A DNA stretch of 64,000 nt from contig OX597825.1 of assembly GCA_951406725.2 (NCBI GenBank), positions 70,370,001 to 70,434,000 on the forward strand. The letters run 5' to 3'. Every line of letters starts with the position of its first letter. The first letter of the stretch is position 1. The notes beneath the pieces were generated by a model. It had not been told where the DNA came from. It saw only the letters and a list, made by a program, of their open reading frames with translations, and did not search any database. This DNA is from Octopus vulgaris. Its lineage: Eukaryota. A program made the translations under genes and the position numbers. This document shows, one piece after another, positions 1 to 12,572 of the stretch.

Positions 1-1655
1 GCATAGGAGGAACCTAGTTTCAATGTGGCTAGAATACAAGAAAGCCTTTGACTCTGTTCCCCACTCATGGATGTTAGAAACCCTTTAACTTGCTGAAGTT
101 CCAGTGAGAATAGTCAAGGCTATAGCTGACCTGACTTCATCGTGGGCCACTATCTTGAAATTAAACATGAAAAGTGACTGTATTATCACCGATAGAATAC
201 AATATCGCAAAGGCATATTCCAAGGAGACAGCCTCTCTGTGATGTTGCTTATATTTTCTGTAAACCCCTTGTCAAACCCTCTTGTCAAAATACGTTTCAC
301 TAAAGAATATTACAGCCGAATAAAGAAATTTGGACCTCAGAACTCTTTGCATTCAATAAAACAGTAGCCCACAATGTGTTTGCAGTGCCAGTACCCATAC
401 CAACATTTGGGCTGCTTGATTAGACACTTGATGAGATCCGAGCCATTGATGTGAAAACACGAAAAATACTAACAAGTACACATAATTTCCACATGAACAG
501 TGACGTAGACCGCCTCTACCTAAAACGGAAACAAGGCGGTAGAGGCTTAACATCGATCCAAAATGCCTTTGAATGTCGCATCATATCCCTTCGGAAACAT
601 CTTTTAACCACCAATTTTCGAAGTGCGTCTCTTGACCAAGTTTGCATACATGAGGCTGATAACATCATAAGACTTGGAAGGCAGCTCTTTGAGCAACAGT
701 CTTTGTCTGATAACCTAGAATACATGCCCGAAGAAATCGCACGACTCTATCGCAACACATCAGATGAAAAGATAAGTTTATATGAGTAGAAGACTATGCA
801 TGGATATGTTAGTAGAAAGCTCCGTGATGATAGTAACATCGATCATCAAAGCAATTTATCAGGACCAATAGCAGGATTACTACCTCCCACTTTGAAGGGC
901 ATGCATTTGCAATCCAGGAACAGGAAATATCAACCAACTGCCTGATGCACAAAAGGGATAGAGATGCAGGAAAAGCCGTAAAATGTGACAACCGATGCAG
1001 ACTTTGTGGAGTTCATACTGAAGATATCACCCACATCATAAGCAGTTGTCCGAAAATATCATGACGGTATTATCTACCGATGAGACATGGCGTTGTAGCT
1101 AGGATACTCTATAATGAAATCCGTCGGAAGGACAATCCCGAGGACAAAGGAATGAGAATCCACAATATGGTAGAAGCCATAGCCACCCACATTAAAAAGG
1201 AATACTGGTGGAATGTACCAGTGAAGATCTCAATAAAATTTAAGCACAACAGGCCTGATATGATTTGGGATAGAGAAGAGAAACTTTGCGACGTGTTTCT
1301 GCCGATCATTTCCGTAAATCTGCAGTAATCTGTGGAAATTAGCTGCCCAGCTGAAGATCAGTGAAAAAGAGAACACCTATGTTGAACTATTGAGAAATCT
1401 GCAGTTAGTCTATCCAGATTACAAGTTCAGGTTTGTACCTGTAATTATTGGGGCTCCAGGATATGTAACACACTGCCTAAATTCCAATCTTGAGAAAGGA
1501 GAAAGCTAATTCGAAGACTACTGATCCAATCCATCACTGGAACTGTAAAAATCTGTATAACTTTCCAGAAGTTTATCATTTAGATATATATGAACATGTC
1601 TATATATGCAACTATATGCATGAGAATACATAAATAAAACGTACAAATCCGCACA
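1..1655 (+). mobile_element. Decayed non-LTR retrotransposon with RT and restriction-like endonuclease (R4/Dong-like), truncated by the window start
   Basis: Frameshifted fragments contain GIFQGDSLS (RT), DVDRLYLKRKQGGRGL, AIQEQEI, the CCHC-type CRLCGVHTEDITHIISSC..RH, and RLE motifs NRPD..EISCP..EKENTY..PVIIGAPG. The RT YxDD region appears deleted. The 3' end runs into (ACAT)n at ~1656-1706. Confidence 0.85.
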
Positions 1656-2221
1656 TTCATACATACATACATACATACATACATACATACATACATACAT
1701 ACATACAACCATACAGACAGACAGACAGACAGACTGAACATTATCATCTTTAAAATCAACATGAAAGAAATTAAATACCTCCCATAAAGTAGTGAATAAT
1801 GAAAAATCATGTCACAACCTAAAAGCAATTTCTTCGATGGAATCCTCGAATCTATTTCCTGGAATCCTAAACTATCCCTTCGATGTTGGTGGTGATGGTG
1901 ATGGGGGGGGAGAAGAATCCTCCACACTGGACATCCACCCACATCAGGTTAAGTATTGCAGATCAAGATGGTTATTTATATTCGCCCTTGTTATGGTAGT
2001 GGTATGTTAAAGTGGACGATGACGCTAGTTTTGTGTTACCATCTACATTTGTTTCCGCTCAGAATTGAAAGCTGCCTCTTCTCTCCCATCCGGAAAATTC
2101 TCGACGTGTTTCTGCCGATCATTTCCGCAAATCTCCAGTGTTTTCCAACATCGAGGTTAGTCACATTTTTCGCTGGTGGTTAGCCCGGGCTCATAATTTA
2201 TTGGCAGGCAGGCAGACAGAC

Positions 2222-2302
<81 letters not shown>

Positions 2303-2442
2303 CATAGATAGATACATAGATACATAGATAGATATAGATATACAGGTATGGTGATAAGTGCCAACGCACGGAACTCTTGGACCTTGCGTCATTTTGTCAT
2401 TTCTGCTAAATATTTGTGTGTGTGTGTGTGTGTGTGTCTATA

Positions 2443-2812
2443 GGCGCAGGAGCGGCTGTGTGGTATGTAGCTTGCTTACCAACCACATGGTCCCGGGTCT
2501 AGTCCCACTGCGTGGCATCATGGGCAAATGTCTTCTACTATAGCCTCGGGTCGACCAAAGCCTTGTGAGTGGATTTGGTAGACGGAAACTGAAAGAAGCC
2601 CGTCGTATATGTGTGTGTGTTTGTCCCCTCACCATCGCTTGACAACTGATGTTGTTGTGTTTACGTCCCCGTAACTTGGCGGTTCGGCAAAAAGAACCAA
2701 TAGAATAAGTACTAGACTTACAAAGAATAAGTCCTGGGGGCGATGTGCTCGACTAAAGGCGGTGCTCCGGCATGACCGCAGTCAAATGACTGAAACAGAT
2801 AAAAGAATAAAA
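2443..2812 (+). mobile_element. tRNA-derived SINE family A, full length (CORE-like, internal microsatellite)
   Basis: Head has A-box-like GGCTGTGTGG and a B-box-like motif, then a CCTTGGGCAAGT-like core, an internal (TG)n and the tail GGCGGTGCTCC.GCATG.CCGCAGTCAAATGACTGAAACA. More than 20 related copies or fragments occur in the window. Confidence 0.9.
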
Positions 2813-3489
2813 ATGTATATATGTATGTGTATGTACATGTATATTTCTTAGGAACCGAAACCCAGAGACTATCAAATTTCTCAGAGAGACACAAATGCAG
2901 AAATTCAAGGAGATTTTTTGTGTCTTTTAGTTTTGTTTTGTTCTGTTTTTGTTTTTTGTTCTTTTTTTAGAGAAACACTTAAAATCTTTTGTTCCAAGCG
3001 TCAGTCGGTTTGGCGTAACGGAACTTTCTATCTTGAAGGACATTAACAGAACAGGCATGGAGACTCTGGAATTACATGGAGACTCTGGAATTACTGATCT
3101 TCAGTAACAATTAATCTACAATTACTGATTCAAAACCTATCATATTTTATGGTATATATAAGAAGCACGTCTCTCTTTAAAATAAAAATCATTCCGAGTT
3201 CTATGTACGAAGTTGATCACCTCATGAACTTTAACATACTAAAAATGTTTTATCATGAATATGCGCTGCTGAAATTGGGATGCTGGTTTCAAATTTTGGC
3301 TCAAGGCTAATAAGTTTGGGCAACAGACTTCTTTTAGCTTCCGTCTACTCACAAAGCTTTTGTTCGTCGGTCCGAGATTATAGAATAAGACACTTGTCCA
3401 TGATGCTACGCAATGGGACTGAACCCGGAGCCATTTTATTTGAGAATCATGCTTCCCGTCACTTCCGAACCTATATATATATATATATA

Positions 3490-3700
3490 GTTCTTTATTG
3501 CCCGCAGGAGGCTAAACATAGAGGGGACAAGCAAAGACAGAGAAAGGGATTAAGTCGATTACATCGACCCCAGTGCGTAACTGGTACTTAATTTATCGAC
3601 CCCGAAAGGATGAAAGGCAAAGTCTACCTAGGCGGAATTTGAACTCAGAACGTAACGGCAGACGAAATACCGCAAAGCATTTCGCCTGGCGCGCTAACGT
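3490..3700 (-). mobile_element. SINE family B copy
   Basis: Reverse complement of the family B consensus GTTCTGAGTTCAAATTCCGCC..CTTTGCCTTTCATCCTTTCGGGGTCGAT..GGGCAATAAAGAA. Confidence 0.85.
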
Positions 3701-4001
3701 ACAAATCAATTTTCCCCATTGAAATTAACTGAGATATAGTTAATCCGTTCAAAAATATTTTATGGGTTTTAAAGCAGAAAAGTTGTAGTCAAAAGTAAAA
3801 TAACAATTATAAAAAAGAGAATGCAACAGAAATATGTTAATTGGTTTTATTAATGTATTAATTACCTTAAAGATGGGACAGTTTGTGTGCCCGTACAGCG
3901 GATTTCCGTTCATACTTCAAGACAAAAAATCGCACGAGTCTCGGCTCGTACAGTAACAGTAAATTACTCCTAGAATGGTGCACTCGTACTGCGAGATTCT
4001 A

Positions 4002-4062
<61 letters not shown>

Positions 4063-4137
4063 TTATATATTTTTTTTTTTTTTTTTTTACTTGTTTCAGT
4101 CATTTGACTGCGGCCATGCTGGAGCACCGCCTTTAGA

Positions 4138-4220
4138 GTGGTGAAAGAGTACAGCAGGGTTCACCACCATCCCCTGCCGGAGCCTCGTGGAGCTCTTAGG
4201 TGTTTTCGCTCAATAAACAC
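4138..4220 (-). mobile_element. SINE family C internal fragment
   Basis: Matches 43650-43725 and, in reverse, 60095-60170. Confidence 0.7.
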
Positions 4221-4231
4221 ATATATATATA

Positions 4232-4611
4232 TTTCCTTGTACTGTCGTTACTGTCCTGGTTTTGTTACCATTTTTACCCCTCTGCAAAAAGATCTCAAAT
4301 TTTATTTGATTTGCTTTTCGCAGGAAGGAAAGTTTCTTATCGAAGATACGTCTCGCCTTCACCTTCGAAACGTAGAGTAGATGAAACCATGGCGACTGAA
4401 GAAGGGGTTTTTTTCCTTGTGTTATTTGTCCTGTACTCTTTTTTTGTTGTTTAAGAAAAATGTCCAGTTCCTTGTGTTTGTGTCTATGTTTTCGTTTCTC
4501 ATTGTGTTCGACGTTTTTTTGGTGTCCTGTACTCATATATGCGTGTATATATACATGTAGAGGTAGGTACGTACATATATGTACATATATATGCATATGT
4601 TTTATTTATTA

Positions 4612-4615
<4 letters not shown>
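4232..4615 (+). mobile_element. Penelope-like pLTR-type remnant in (TA)n with a degenerate hammerhead 3' half
   Basis: Non-coding segment flanked by (TA)n on both sides. Contains TTCGAAACGTAGAG (GAA-ACGU-A) but no intact core. Confidence 0.4.
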
Positions 4616-4674
<59 letters not shown>

Positions 4675-5142
4675 CGGCTTAGACACAGTTTCGGCCTATC
4701 GAATTCACTCACAAGCCATTTGGTTGCAAAGCGGGCTTCTTGATCTCACAGCGATGCATATTGAAATTCGGTGTGCTTTTTGCATTTCCTTCTATATCTT
4801 ATGGACGTTATTGTAATGCTTTCATTTCATTACAGGACCTCCAATGATGTTCTTGGGTGGGTGTGGATGTGTTTGTATATATATGTTTATTTAGATAAAG
4901 TGACGGAATACATCTAGATTATAGATTTATCTTCTAAATACAAAAACGCATCTATTATCCGTTATATATCTCTGTCCTCCTATCCCCTCTCTTTCTCTCT
5001 CTCTTTCCATAAACATACATACATACATACATACACACATAATTATATGAATACATACATGTATATATATATATATATAACTACAAAATTAGAAAATGGA
5101 GAAACATATATATATAGAGAGAAAATTAGAAAATGGAGAAAC

Positions 5143-5184
<42 letters not shown>

Positions 5185-5199
5185 TTATGTAGATATACG

Positions 5200-5390
5200 T
5201 ATGTGTAGCCGCCATGATCGACCGCTAGGCACTAAAGCTTTTTTTTATTCTCTCTCTCTTTATTTTCTTCTGTTCCTTTCTGCTGAAGAGCGTAGGCTCG
5301 AAACCTTTCCATTCTTCCCGAGCGTTAAACTAATACACCTGTTTGTTGTGTATACACCTGTCTTCGTCTTTTGTTTTTGTAAATCCCAAC
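5200..5390 (+). mobile_element. Penelope-like pLTR fragment with a damaged hammerhead motif
   Basis: CTTT-CTGCTGA-A-GAGC-GTAG-GCTC-GAAAC at 5276-5304; the GTAAAAGA seen in the 12470 copy is deleted. Same family as 12374-12505 and 14281-14390. Confidence 0.6.
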
Positions 5391-5435
<45 letters not shown>

Positions 5436-5484
5436 GTATGTATATATATATGTATGTATATACACAGAGAGAGAGTTATGTAGA

Positions 5485-5515
<31 letters not shown>

Positions 5516-7002
5516 TACGCGCTCGCGCGCACTTATCTCTGCGTGTGTATGTTTATATATGTATGTGAGTGTTTCGATAACGTTGAAGTGCAAATGTATA
5601 ACATCAAAATATACTCGTATAATTCCATTACGCTTACTCTGGGTACACTTGTATATCTTAATGTATATATATATATATATACACACACAACTTTATTAAC
5701 ACATTTTCACAAACGCACGCGCTTGCACACATACACACACACATTCATGCACACGTGTTAACGTACGCCTTTAAAATATGTAAATACACTGCATATGCAC
5801 ACACTCACACGTGTAGCAACACATACACACGCGCACGCACATACATACACATACGCATGCGCACACACACACCTACATCGTACGCCCAGACACCTAATAT
5901 CTGTTGCCAATAAAATTCCTTAGAATCGCACATTCCAATTAAGTTTGTTCACGTGAATAATTTTATCAGACTTTTTTCTAAAAAAATCTCAGCTTTCTAT
6001 TTCCATCTCTCTCCCTCTTTCTTTCTCCCCCCCTCTCTCTCTCTCTGCCCTCAAAAGCTACTGTGCTACAGTAGGTGCGGTCATGGGTTCAAAATCTGTG
6101 TGTAAGAGAGTGTGTGTATTCGAAGCAGTGGACCAGCTTTCTTCCAGAATAAATGTTAACTCTGCCAACATTACACAGAACGAACCAACAGAGAAGTCTC
6201 TTATATTAAGGATGGGTAAAACTTCTTAGAAGAAGAGAAGAGTGAAACTACAGGTTCTATAAGAACCAGCCTGTGGGGGGCGCATCTGCGCCGAGAGAGA
6301 AAGAAAATACATAATGAATCATTAATTATACAAATTAATAGGTTGTGCAACTTATATTTAATTACTATTTTGGTGTAGATGAATAAACCTGTTTTATTAC
6401 GTCTTGGTGTTTGAGAGATTGTGTCAGCGGGTGGTTTCGAATGCATGCAGGTGGGATGGGGTGGGATGGGAGGGTTACCTGCCTTGATCCAGTAACCGTT
6501 AGTAAAAGTTGAACAACAGCCAAATCTACCCCAGACAACACCCGAATCTGTGTGTGTGTGTCTGTGTGTGTTAGTGTTTTAATGGCTATATTAGATAATA
6601 TAGTTCGGCGTATATACAATTATATTAGTCCAAGAAAATATGGGATGGCCATAGGCTGAGTGCCTTTGGTTATAGATTAACTCGTTCAAAGATTACTGGA
6701 GCTTGTTTGCTATGTATATTCTATTCCCATCTTACAAGGCGGCACCCTGGCAAAATCATTAAATGTCTGAAGAAATATGTTTCTTTGGCTCTTTACGTTC
6801 TGAGTTCAAATTTCCCTGAGGTCGATTTTGCATTTTATCTTTTCAGGGTCGATAAAATAAGTACCAGTTGAGCATTGGGGGTCAATGTAATCGACTTTAC
6901 CTAAAATTGCTGGCAATGTTCCAAAACTAGAAAGAATTATCTAGCTTTTCTTATACAGCTGCGCGCTGACCGAATCGTCAGAGCAACGGAAAAACACGAG
7001 TA

Positions 7003-7297
7003 CAGTCGTCCCTCGACAATCGCGAGTGTAACGCTCCAGAACAAACCGCGATAAGTAAAAATCCGCGATAAGTAAAAATCCGCGAAGTAGAAACTCTCTC
7101 TTTTATTCTTTTACTTGTTTCAGTCATTTGATTGCGGCCATGCTGGAGCACCGCCTTTAGTCGAGCAAATCGATCCCAGGACTTAACTTTTTTAGCCTGG
7201 TACTTATTCTATCGGTCGTTTTTGCCGAACCGCTAAGTTACGGAGACGTAAGCACACCAGCATGGGTTGTCAAGCGATGTTGGGGGGAACAAACACA

Positions 7298-7379
<82 letters not shown>

Positions 7380-7974
7380 CGACGGGCTTCTTTCAGTTTC
7401 CGTCTACCAAATCCACTCACAAGGCTTTAGTCGGCCCGAGGCTATAGTAGAAGACACTTGGCCAAGGTGCCATACGCAGTGGGAATGAACCCTAAACCAT
7501 GTGGTTGGTAAGCAAGCTACTTACCACACAGCCACTGTATATTTTTTATTTGTATATATTTATTTTATTATTTGTAAATATTTATTTTATTATTTTTATT
7601 TGTTCTCTTAAGAGTACCCGTGTCTTCTCTTTCTTTGCCTTCGAGTTTCGTTTTCCATTCAGCATGTGCTATTCTTTGCTTACTCATCTACGGTACACTA
7701 TGTGCTTTCTTTTAATATATTACAATTAATGTATTTATACAGTGCAGTACTGTACTGTGATTTTAATTACTAATTTATTAATTTTTAGGCGTGAAAATTC
7801 TTATTTTACCAAAGAAATAATTAAAATATAAAAAAATATATATATAAATACGTATCGGCAGCAGAAACCCGCAATATACTGAAACCTCGATATAAATTTA
7901 CGTATATTAGCCTGAAAAATACGCGATGTACTGAGGGCGCGATAGTTGAACCGCGATATGGCGAGTGATTACTG
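7003..7974. mobile_element. Tc1/mariner (Tigger/pogo-like) MITE with a nested SINE
   Basis: TA-CAGTCGTCCCTCG...CGAGTGATTACTG-TA imperfect TIRs with TA TSD. A family A SINE is inserted at ~7096-7540. Confidence 0.75.
7096..7540 (-). mobile_element. SINE family A, full length
   Basis: Reverse complement of the family A head, microsatellite and tail. Confidence 0.9.
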
Positions 7975-8079
7975 TATATGCATTTTATCAATATTTAGCA
8001 GATGCAACTTTGATAAGTGCTATCACACGAAACTCTCGGCACTTGAGTCACTCTGTTGCTTCTACTAAATATTAATCCT

Positions 8080-8710
8080 TTCTACTATAGGCACAAGGCC
8101 TGAAATTTGTGGGGAGGGAACTAGTTAATTACATCGACCGCAGTGCTCGACCACGATAGGATGAAAGGTAAAGTCGACCTCGGTGGAATTTGAACTCAGA
8201 ACGTAAAAATGAACAAAATGTTTGTTAAGCATTATTCCCGGCGCGCTAACGATTCTGCCAGCTCGCTTCTGCTAATTATTAATGATAATAACAGCAACAA
8301 TAATAATTCTTTCTACTGGAAGCACAAGGCCTCAAATTTAGGGGAAGGGATTAAGTCGATTACATCGACCCCAGTACGTAACTGGTACTTATTTGATCGA
8401 CCTCGAAAGAATGAAAGGCAAAGTCGACCTCAGCAGAATTTGAACTCAGAATGTAAAGACGGACGAAATGCAGTCAAGCATTAACGATTCTTATTTCTTT
8501 ATTGCCCACAAGGGGCTACACACAGAGGGGACAAACAAGGACAGACAAACGGATTAAGTCGATTATATCGACCCCAGTGCATTACTGGTACTTATTTAAT
8601 CGACCCCAAAAGGATGACAGGCAAAGTCGACCTCGGCGGAATTTGAACTCAGAACATAGCGGCAGACGAAATACGGCTAAGCATTTCGCCCGTCGTGCTA
8701 ACGCTTCTGC
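8080..8710 (-). mobile_element. Cluster of three family B SINE copies
   Basis: Three repeats of GAAAGGCAAAGTCGACCTCGGCGGAATTTGAACTCAGAAC-type sequence. Confidence 0.85.
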
Positions 8711-9214
8711 AAAATATTAATAACAACGACAACAACAACAATAATAATACACACACACACACACACCACATATGTGCCCACCACGTATACTCTCTCACAT
8801 GTATCGACAGACAGAGGAAAGAAGCTGATAGAGAGACAGACATCCAGACGGACAGGGTCGAAGATAACAGATTTATCAGTAATATCAAGCTTTTACAATC
8901 TCCTTCCAGAAACATTCTCCGTCGGTCCAGACAGAAGTATGTCGTCACTATCTTAAAGATAGGACTTCACTGTTCAGTAGTGTTACTAAGAAATGCTAAT
9001 ATATTACTGTCTGTAAATAGACAGGAATGGTTCTACTGTTGGTAAGAAGTGGCAAACACAAATGGATGACTAACTTCTTCCGACTGTATAAACCGGTTAT
9101 CTTTTCTATCCTTTACTTGTTTCAGCTATTGGACTGCGGCCAAGCTGGTGCATCCCCTTGGAGGGTTTAGTCGAACAAATCGACACCAGTATTTATTAAA
9201 GAAAAACTTTTTCA

Positions 9215-9286
9215 AGCAGAGTGGCGCAGTGGCAGCGTGCTGGGCCCATAACCCTGAGATCCGTAGATCGAAACTACGCTCTGCTA
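9215..9286 (+). tRNA. Initiator tRNA-Met (CAT), possibly a pseudogene
   Basis: AGCAGAGTGGCGCAGTGGCAGCGTGCTGGGCCCATAACCCTGAGATCCGTAGATCGAAACTACGCTCTGCTA. Shows A1-U72, three G-C pairs in the anticodon stem, the initiator-type ATCGAAA T-loop, and perfect acceptor and T stems. One U.U mismatch in the anticodon stem and no adjacent T-run terminator. Confidence 0.9.
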
Positions 9287-9296
9287 AAAGTACATA

Positions 9297-9650
9297 GGCG
9301 CAGGAGTGGCTGTGTGGTAAGTAGCTTGCTTACCAACCACATGGTTCCGGGTTCAACTCCCACAGCCTCAGGCCGACCAAAGCCTTGTGAGTGAATTTAG
9401 AAGACGGAAACTGAAAGAAGCCCGTCGTATATATGTATGTGTGTGTATATGTTTGTGCGTCTGTGTTTGTCCCCCAACATCGCTTGACAACCGATGGTGG
9501 TGTGTTTATGTCCCCGTAACTTAGCGGTTCGGCAAAGGAGACCGACAGAATAAGTACTAGGCTTCCAAAGAATAAGTCCTGGGGTCGATTTGCTCGACTA
9601 AAGGCGGTGCTTCAGCATGGCCACAATCTTATGGCTGAAACGTGTAAAAG
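9297..9650 (+). mobile_element. SINE family A copy with a small head deletion
   Basis: GGCGCAGGAGTGGCTGTGTGG head through to the family tail. Confidence 0.9.
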
Positions 9651-9670
9651 GATCTCTCCCTCTCTCTCTC

Positions 9671-9724
<54 letters not shown>

Positions 9725-9726
<2 letters not shown>

Positions 9727-9915
9727 ATCTTCTTGTCGGGGGTCCCAGATGAACCTACCTCACGACAGGAGACACAGATGCGAGCAGCGGCATCGAACTC
9801 TCTTGTTGATCAAGTGCCACGTATCAGAGGTGGATTCACATATTAGTGTAGCTCATTCAGCGGTGGTGCCCCAGCATGGCCGCGGCCTTCGGGCTAAAAC
9901 ATTTTAAAGGATTTA
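9725..9915 (+). mobile_element. Possible LINE 3' end sharing its tail with SINE family A
   Basis: Unique body ending GGTGGTGCCCCAGCATGGCCGCGGCCTTCGGGCTAAAACA, homologous to the SINE A tail. Confidence 0.45.
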
Positions 9916-10739
9916 ACGATATATATATATGCAATGGGTGTGTGTGTGTGTGTGTGTGTGTATACATAAACACACACACGAGCTTCTTTCAGTTTCCGTC
10001 TACCAATTCCATTCACGAGGTTTTTTGATTGTTCCGAGACTATATAAGAAGAAAATTGCCCCCAAATCGTATGCAGTGGGACTGAACTCGAGACCGTGTG
10101 GTTGGCAAACAAACTTTTTACCACACAGCCAATCCTACGCTTACATGTTGAAAATATTATAGAACTCAAGGAATAAGTGATACATGAAATGATGGCAGGA
10201 ATTTCAGAAGGGTGGAACAAAGTGATGATTTTCTGCGATATCTATTGTGTGTGTGTGGTGGTGTTGGTGGTGGCAGTGGTGACAGAGGTCTATGGGGGAG
10301 TTTTGGAAGTTGATACCTTATTAGTGATGTATCACTAAGGATTTATCTCCGAGATAATGAGATTTTTTTCGTTTCAGTAACTAAGAATAAATCACCGCAC
10401 CTTGAAAGTATTACAGTAATCTGTGTATGCGCATCTAGACTTGTGTGTGTGTGTGTGTGTATGTGTGTGAATGCGTGTGTGTGTTTGCTGGGGGTGCCGG
10501 TTTGCTTTGCGTGGGGGAAGGGATTGGCCTCAGCCACCATGACTTCACTATCAGTTTGTGACCCAGTGACCTAATGAGTAAGGATGAGGATGTAGATGAT
10601 GTAGGAAGGCGGTAGAAGCTGATGAAATTGCTATACATACATACATACATACATGCATACATACATACATACATATATGAACATACATACATACATACAT
10701 ACATATATGAACATACACGCACACAAACATACATTCACT

Positions 10740-10780
<41 letters not shown>

Positions 10781-11069
10781 GACGAGGTGGGGCTGTGAAG
10801 GTGCGTGCTAATATGGCTAAGCGTATTCTATTTAATGTGGCGTATGGGAATTTCCTTTCCGCTTTACATCATCGTCTCGCTAGGGACCAATATCGCAGCC
10901 CTCGAATTATTTATAATTAACCTATAATTAATCTGTGGGCCCTCTGCTGAGGGTATGCCTCAATCCCGAAAAGTTGAAGTGTACTCTTTTCAGTTAATTT
11001 AATTCGTATGCTTGTTTGCCTCTGTGTGTGTGTGTGGAGAGAGAGAGAGAGAGAGAGAGGGGGGAGAGG

Positions 11070-11107
<38 letters not shown>

Positions 11108-11179
11108 AAATTGATGACAAAAAGACTAAGTTCAACTATGAAATCGATAGAAATCCAACGGACGTTTGCAGTTCATAGT

Positions 11180-12250
11180 GATTTCAAATTTTGGTGCAAG
11201 GCCAGCAAGTTTCGGAGAGGAGTTAAGTCGATTACCTAAACCCCAGTGCTCCACTGGTACTTATTTTATAGAACCCCGAAAGGATAAAAGACAAAGTCGA
11301 CATTGACGGAAATTGAAATCGCAATGTAAAGACGGACGAAATGCCGCTAAGCATTTTGTCCGGAGAGAGAGCTAACGACTTTTGCCAGCTCACCGCCTTA
11401 ATTGGAGGTAATAATATTAATTAGTATGACAATACTAAGGTGGCGAGCTGGCAGCAATGTTAGCACGCCGGGCGAAATGCTTAGTGGTATTTCGCCTACC
11501 GTTACGTTCTGAGTTCAAATTCCGCCGAGGTCGACTTTGCCTTTCATCATTTCGGGGTCGATAAATTAAGTACCAGTTACGCACTGGGGTCAATATAATC
11601 GACTTAATCTGACTGTCTGTCCTTGTTTGTCTCCTCTGTGTTTAGCCCCTTGTGAGTAGTAAACAAATAGGTATTTCGTCTGCCGTTACGTTCTGAGTTC
11701 AAATTCCGCCGAGGTCGACTTTGCCTTTCATCATTTCGGGATCGATTAAATAAGTACCAGTTACGCGCTGGGGTAGATGTAATCGGCTTAATCCCTTTGT
11801 ATGTCCTTGTTTGTCCCCTGTATGTTTAGCCCCTTGTGGGCAATAAAGAAATAAATATAAGTATGGCAAAGGTAGCGAACTGGCCGAGTCATTAGCAGGC
11901 TGGGCAAAATGCTTAGCGGCATTTTGTCCATCTTTACGTTTTACGTTCTGAGTTCAAATTCCGCCGAGGAATTATCTGTAGAATTGGTTTCAATCAAGGT
12001 TTTTTCTTTCTTTTTTTAATATCGAGGACATCAGAAAGGCGGTGAGCTGGCACAATCGATAGAATGTCGGGGTTTAATGCTTAGCGGCATTTCGTTTGCC
12101 CTGAGTTTAAATTTCACTGAGTTCGACTTTGCCTTTTATCCCTTTCGAGGTCGATAAAATAAATACCAGTTGAGCACTTGGGTCGACGCAATCGACTTAC
12201 CACTCGCCCGAAATTGCTGGCCCTCGTGCCAAAGTCTGAAATCAATATTA
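11180..12250. mobile_element. Family B SINE cluster, including a tandem dimer at 11437-11855 (+)
   Basis: One minus copy (~11180-11400) followed by plus copies. Internal junction AAACAAATAGGTATTTCGTCTG. Confidence 0.85.
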
Positions 12251-12315
12251 AGGACACTAAACGAGTGTCGAGACCTACACATCGTATAAATACACACACA
12301 CGCACACACAAACAC

Positions 12316-12368
<53 letters not shown>

Positions 12369-12373
12369 TATAT

Positions 12374-12505
12374 AACGGGAAGCTTTATGAAAATAAACAA
12401 AAGACGAAGGCAGGTGGAATACAAACAAACAATTGTATTAGTATGGCGCTCAGGAATATAAATAAAACAAGTCTTTTACGTTTCGAGCCTGCGCTCTTCA
12501 ACATG
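12374..12505 (-). mobile_element. Penelope-like pLTR fragment with a hammerhead motif lacking the stem I 5' strand
   Basis: Minus strand reads TGTTGA-A-GAGC-GCAG-GCTC-GAA-ACGT-A-AAAG. Flanked by (TA)n; near-identical to 14281-14390. Confidence 0.65.
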
Positions 12506-12535
12506 GCGAATATATATATATATATATATATATGA

Positions 12536-12572
<37 letters not shown>

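Noticed and set aside
3056-3095. 19-bp tandem duplication containing ATG
   Set aside because: Both frames stop within 20 codons; this is ordinary slippage.
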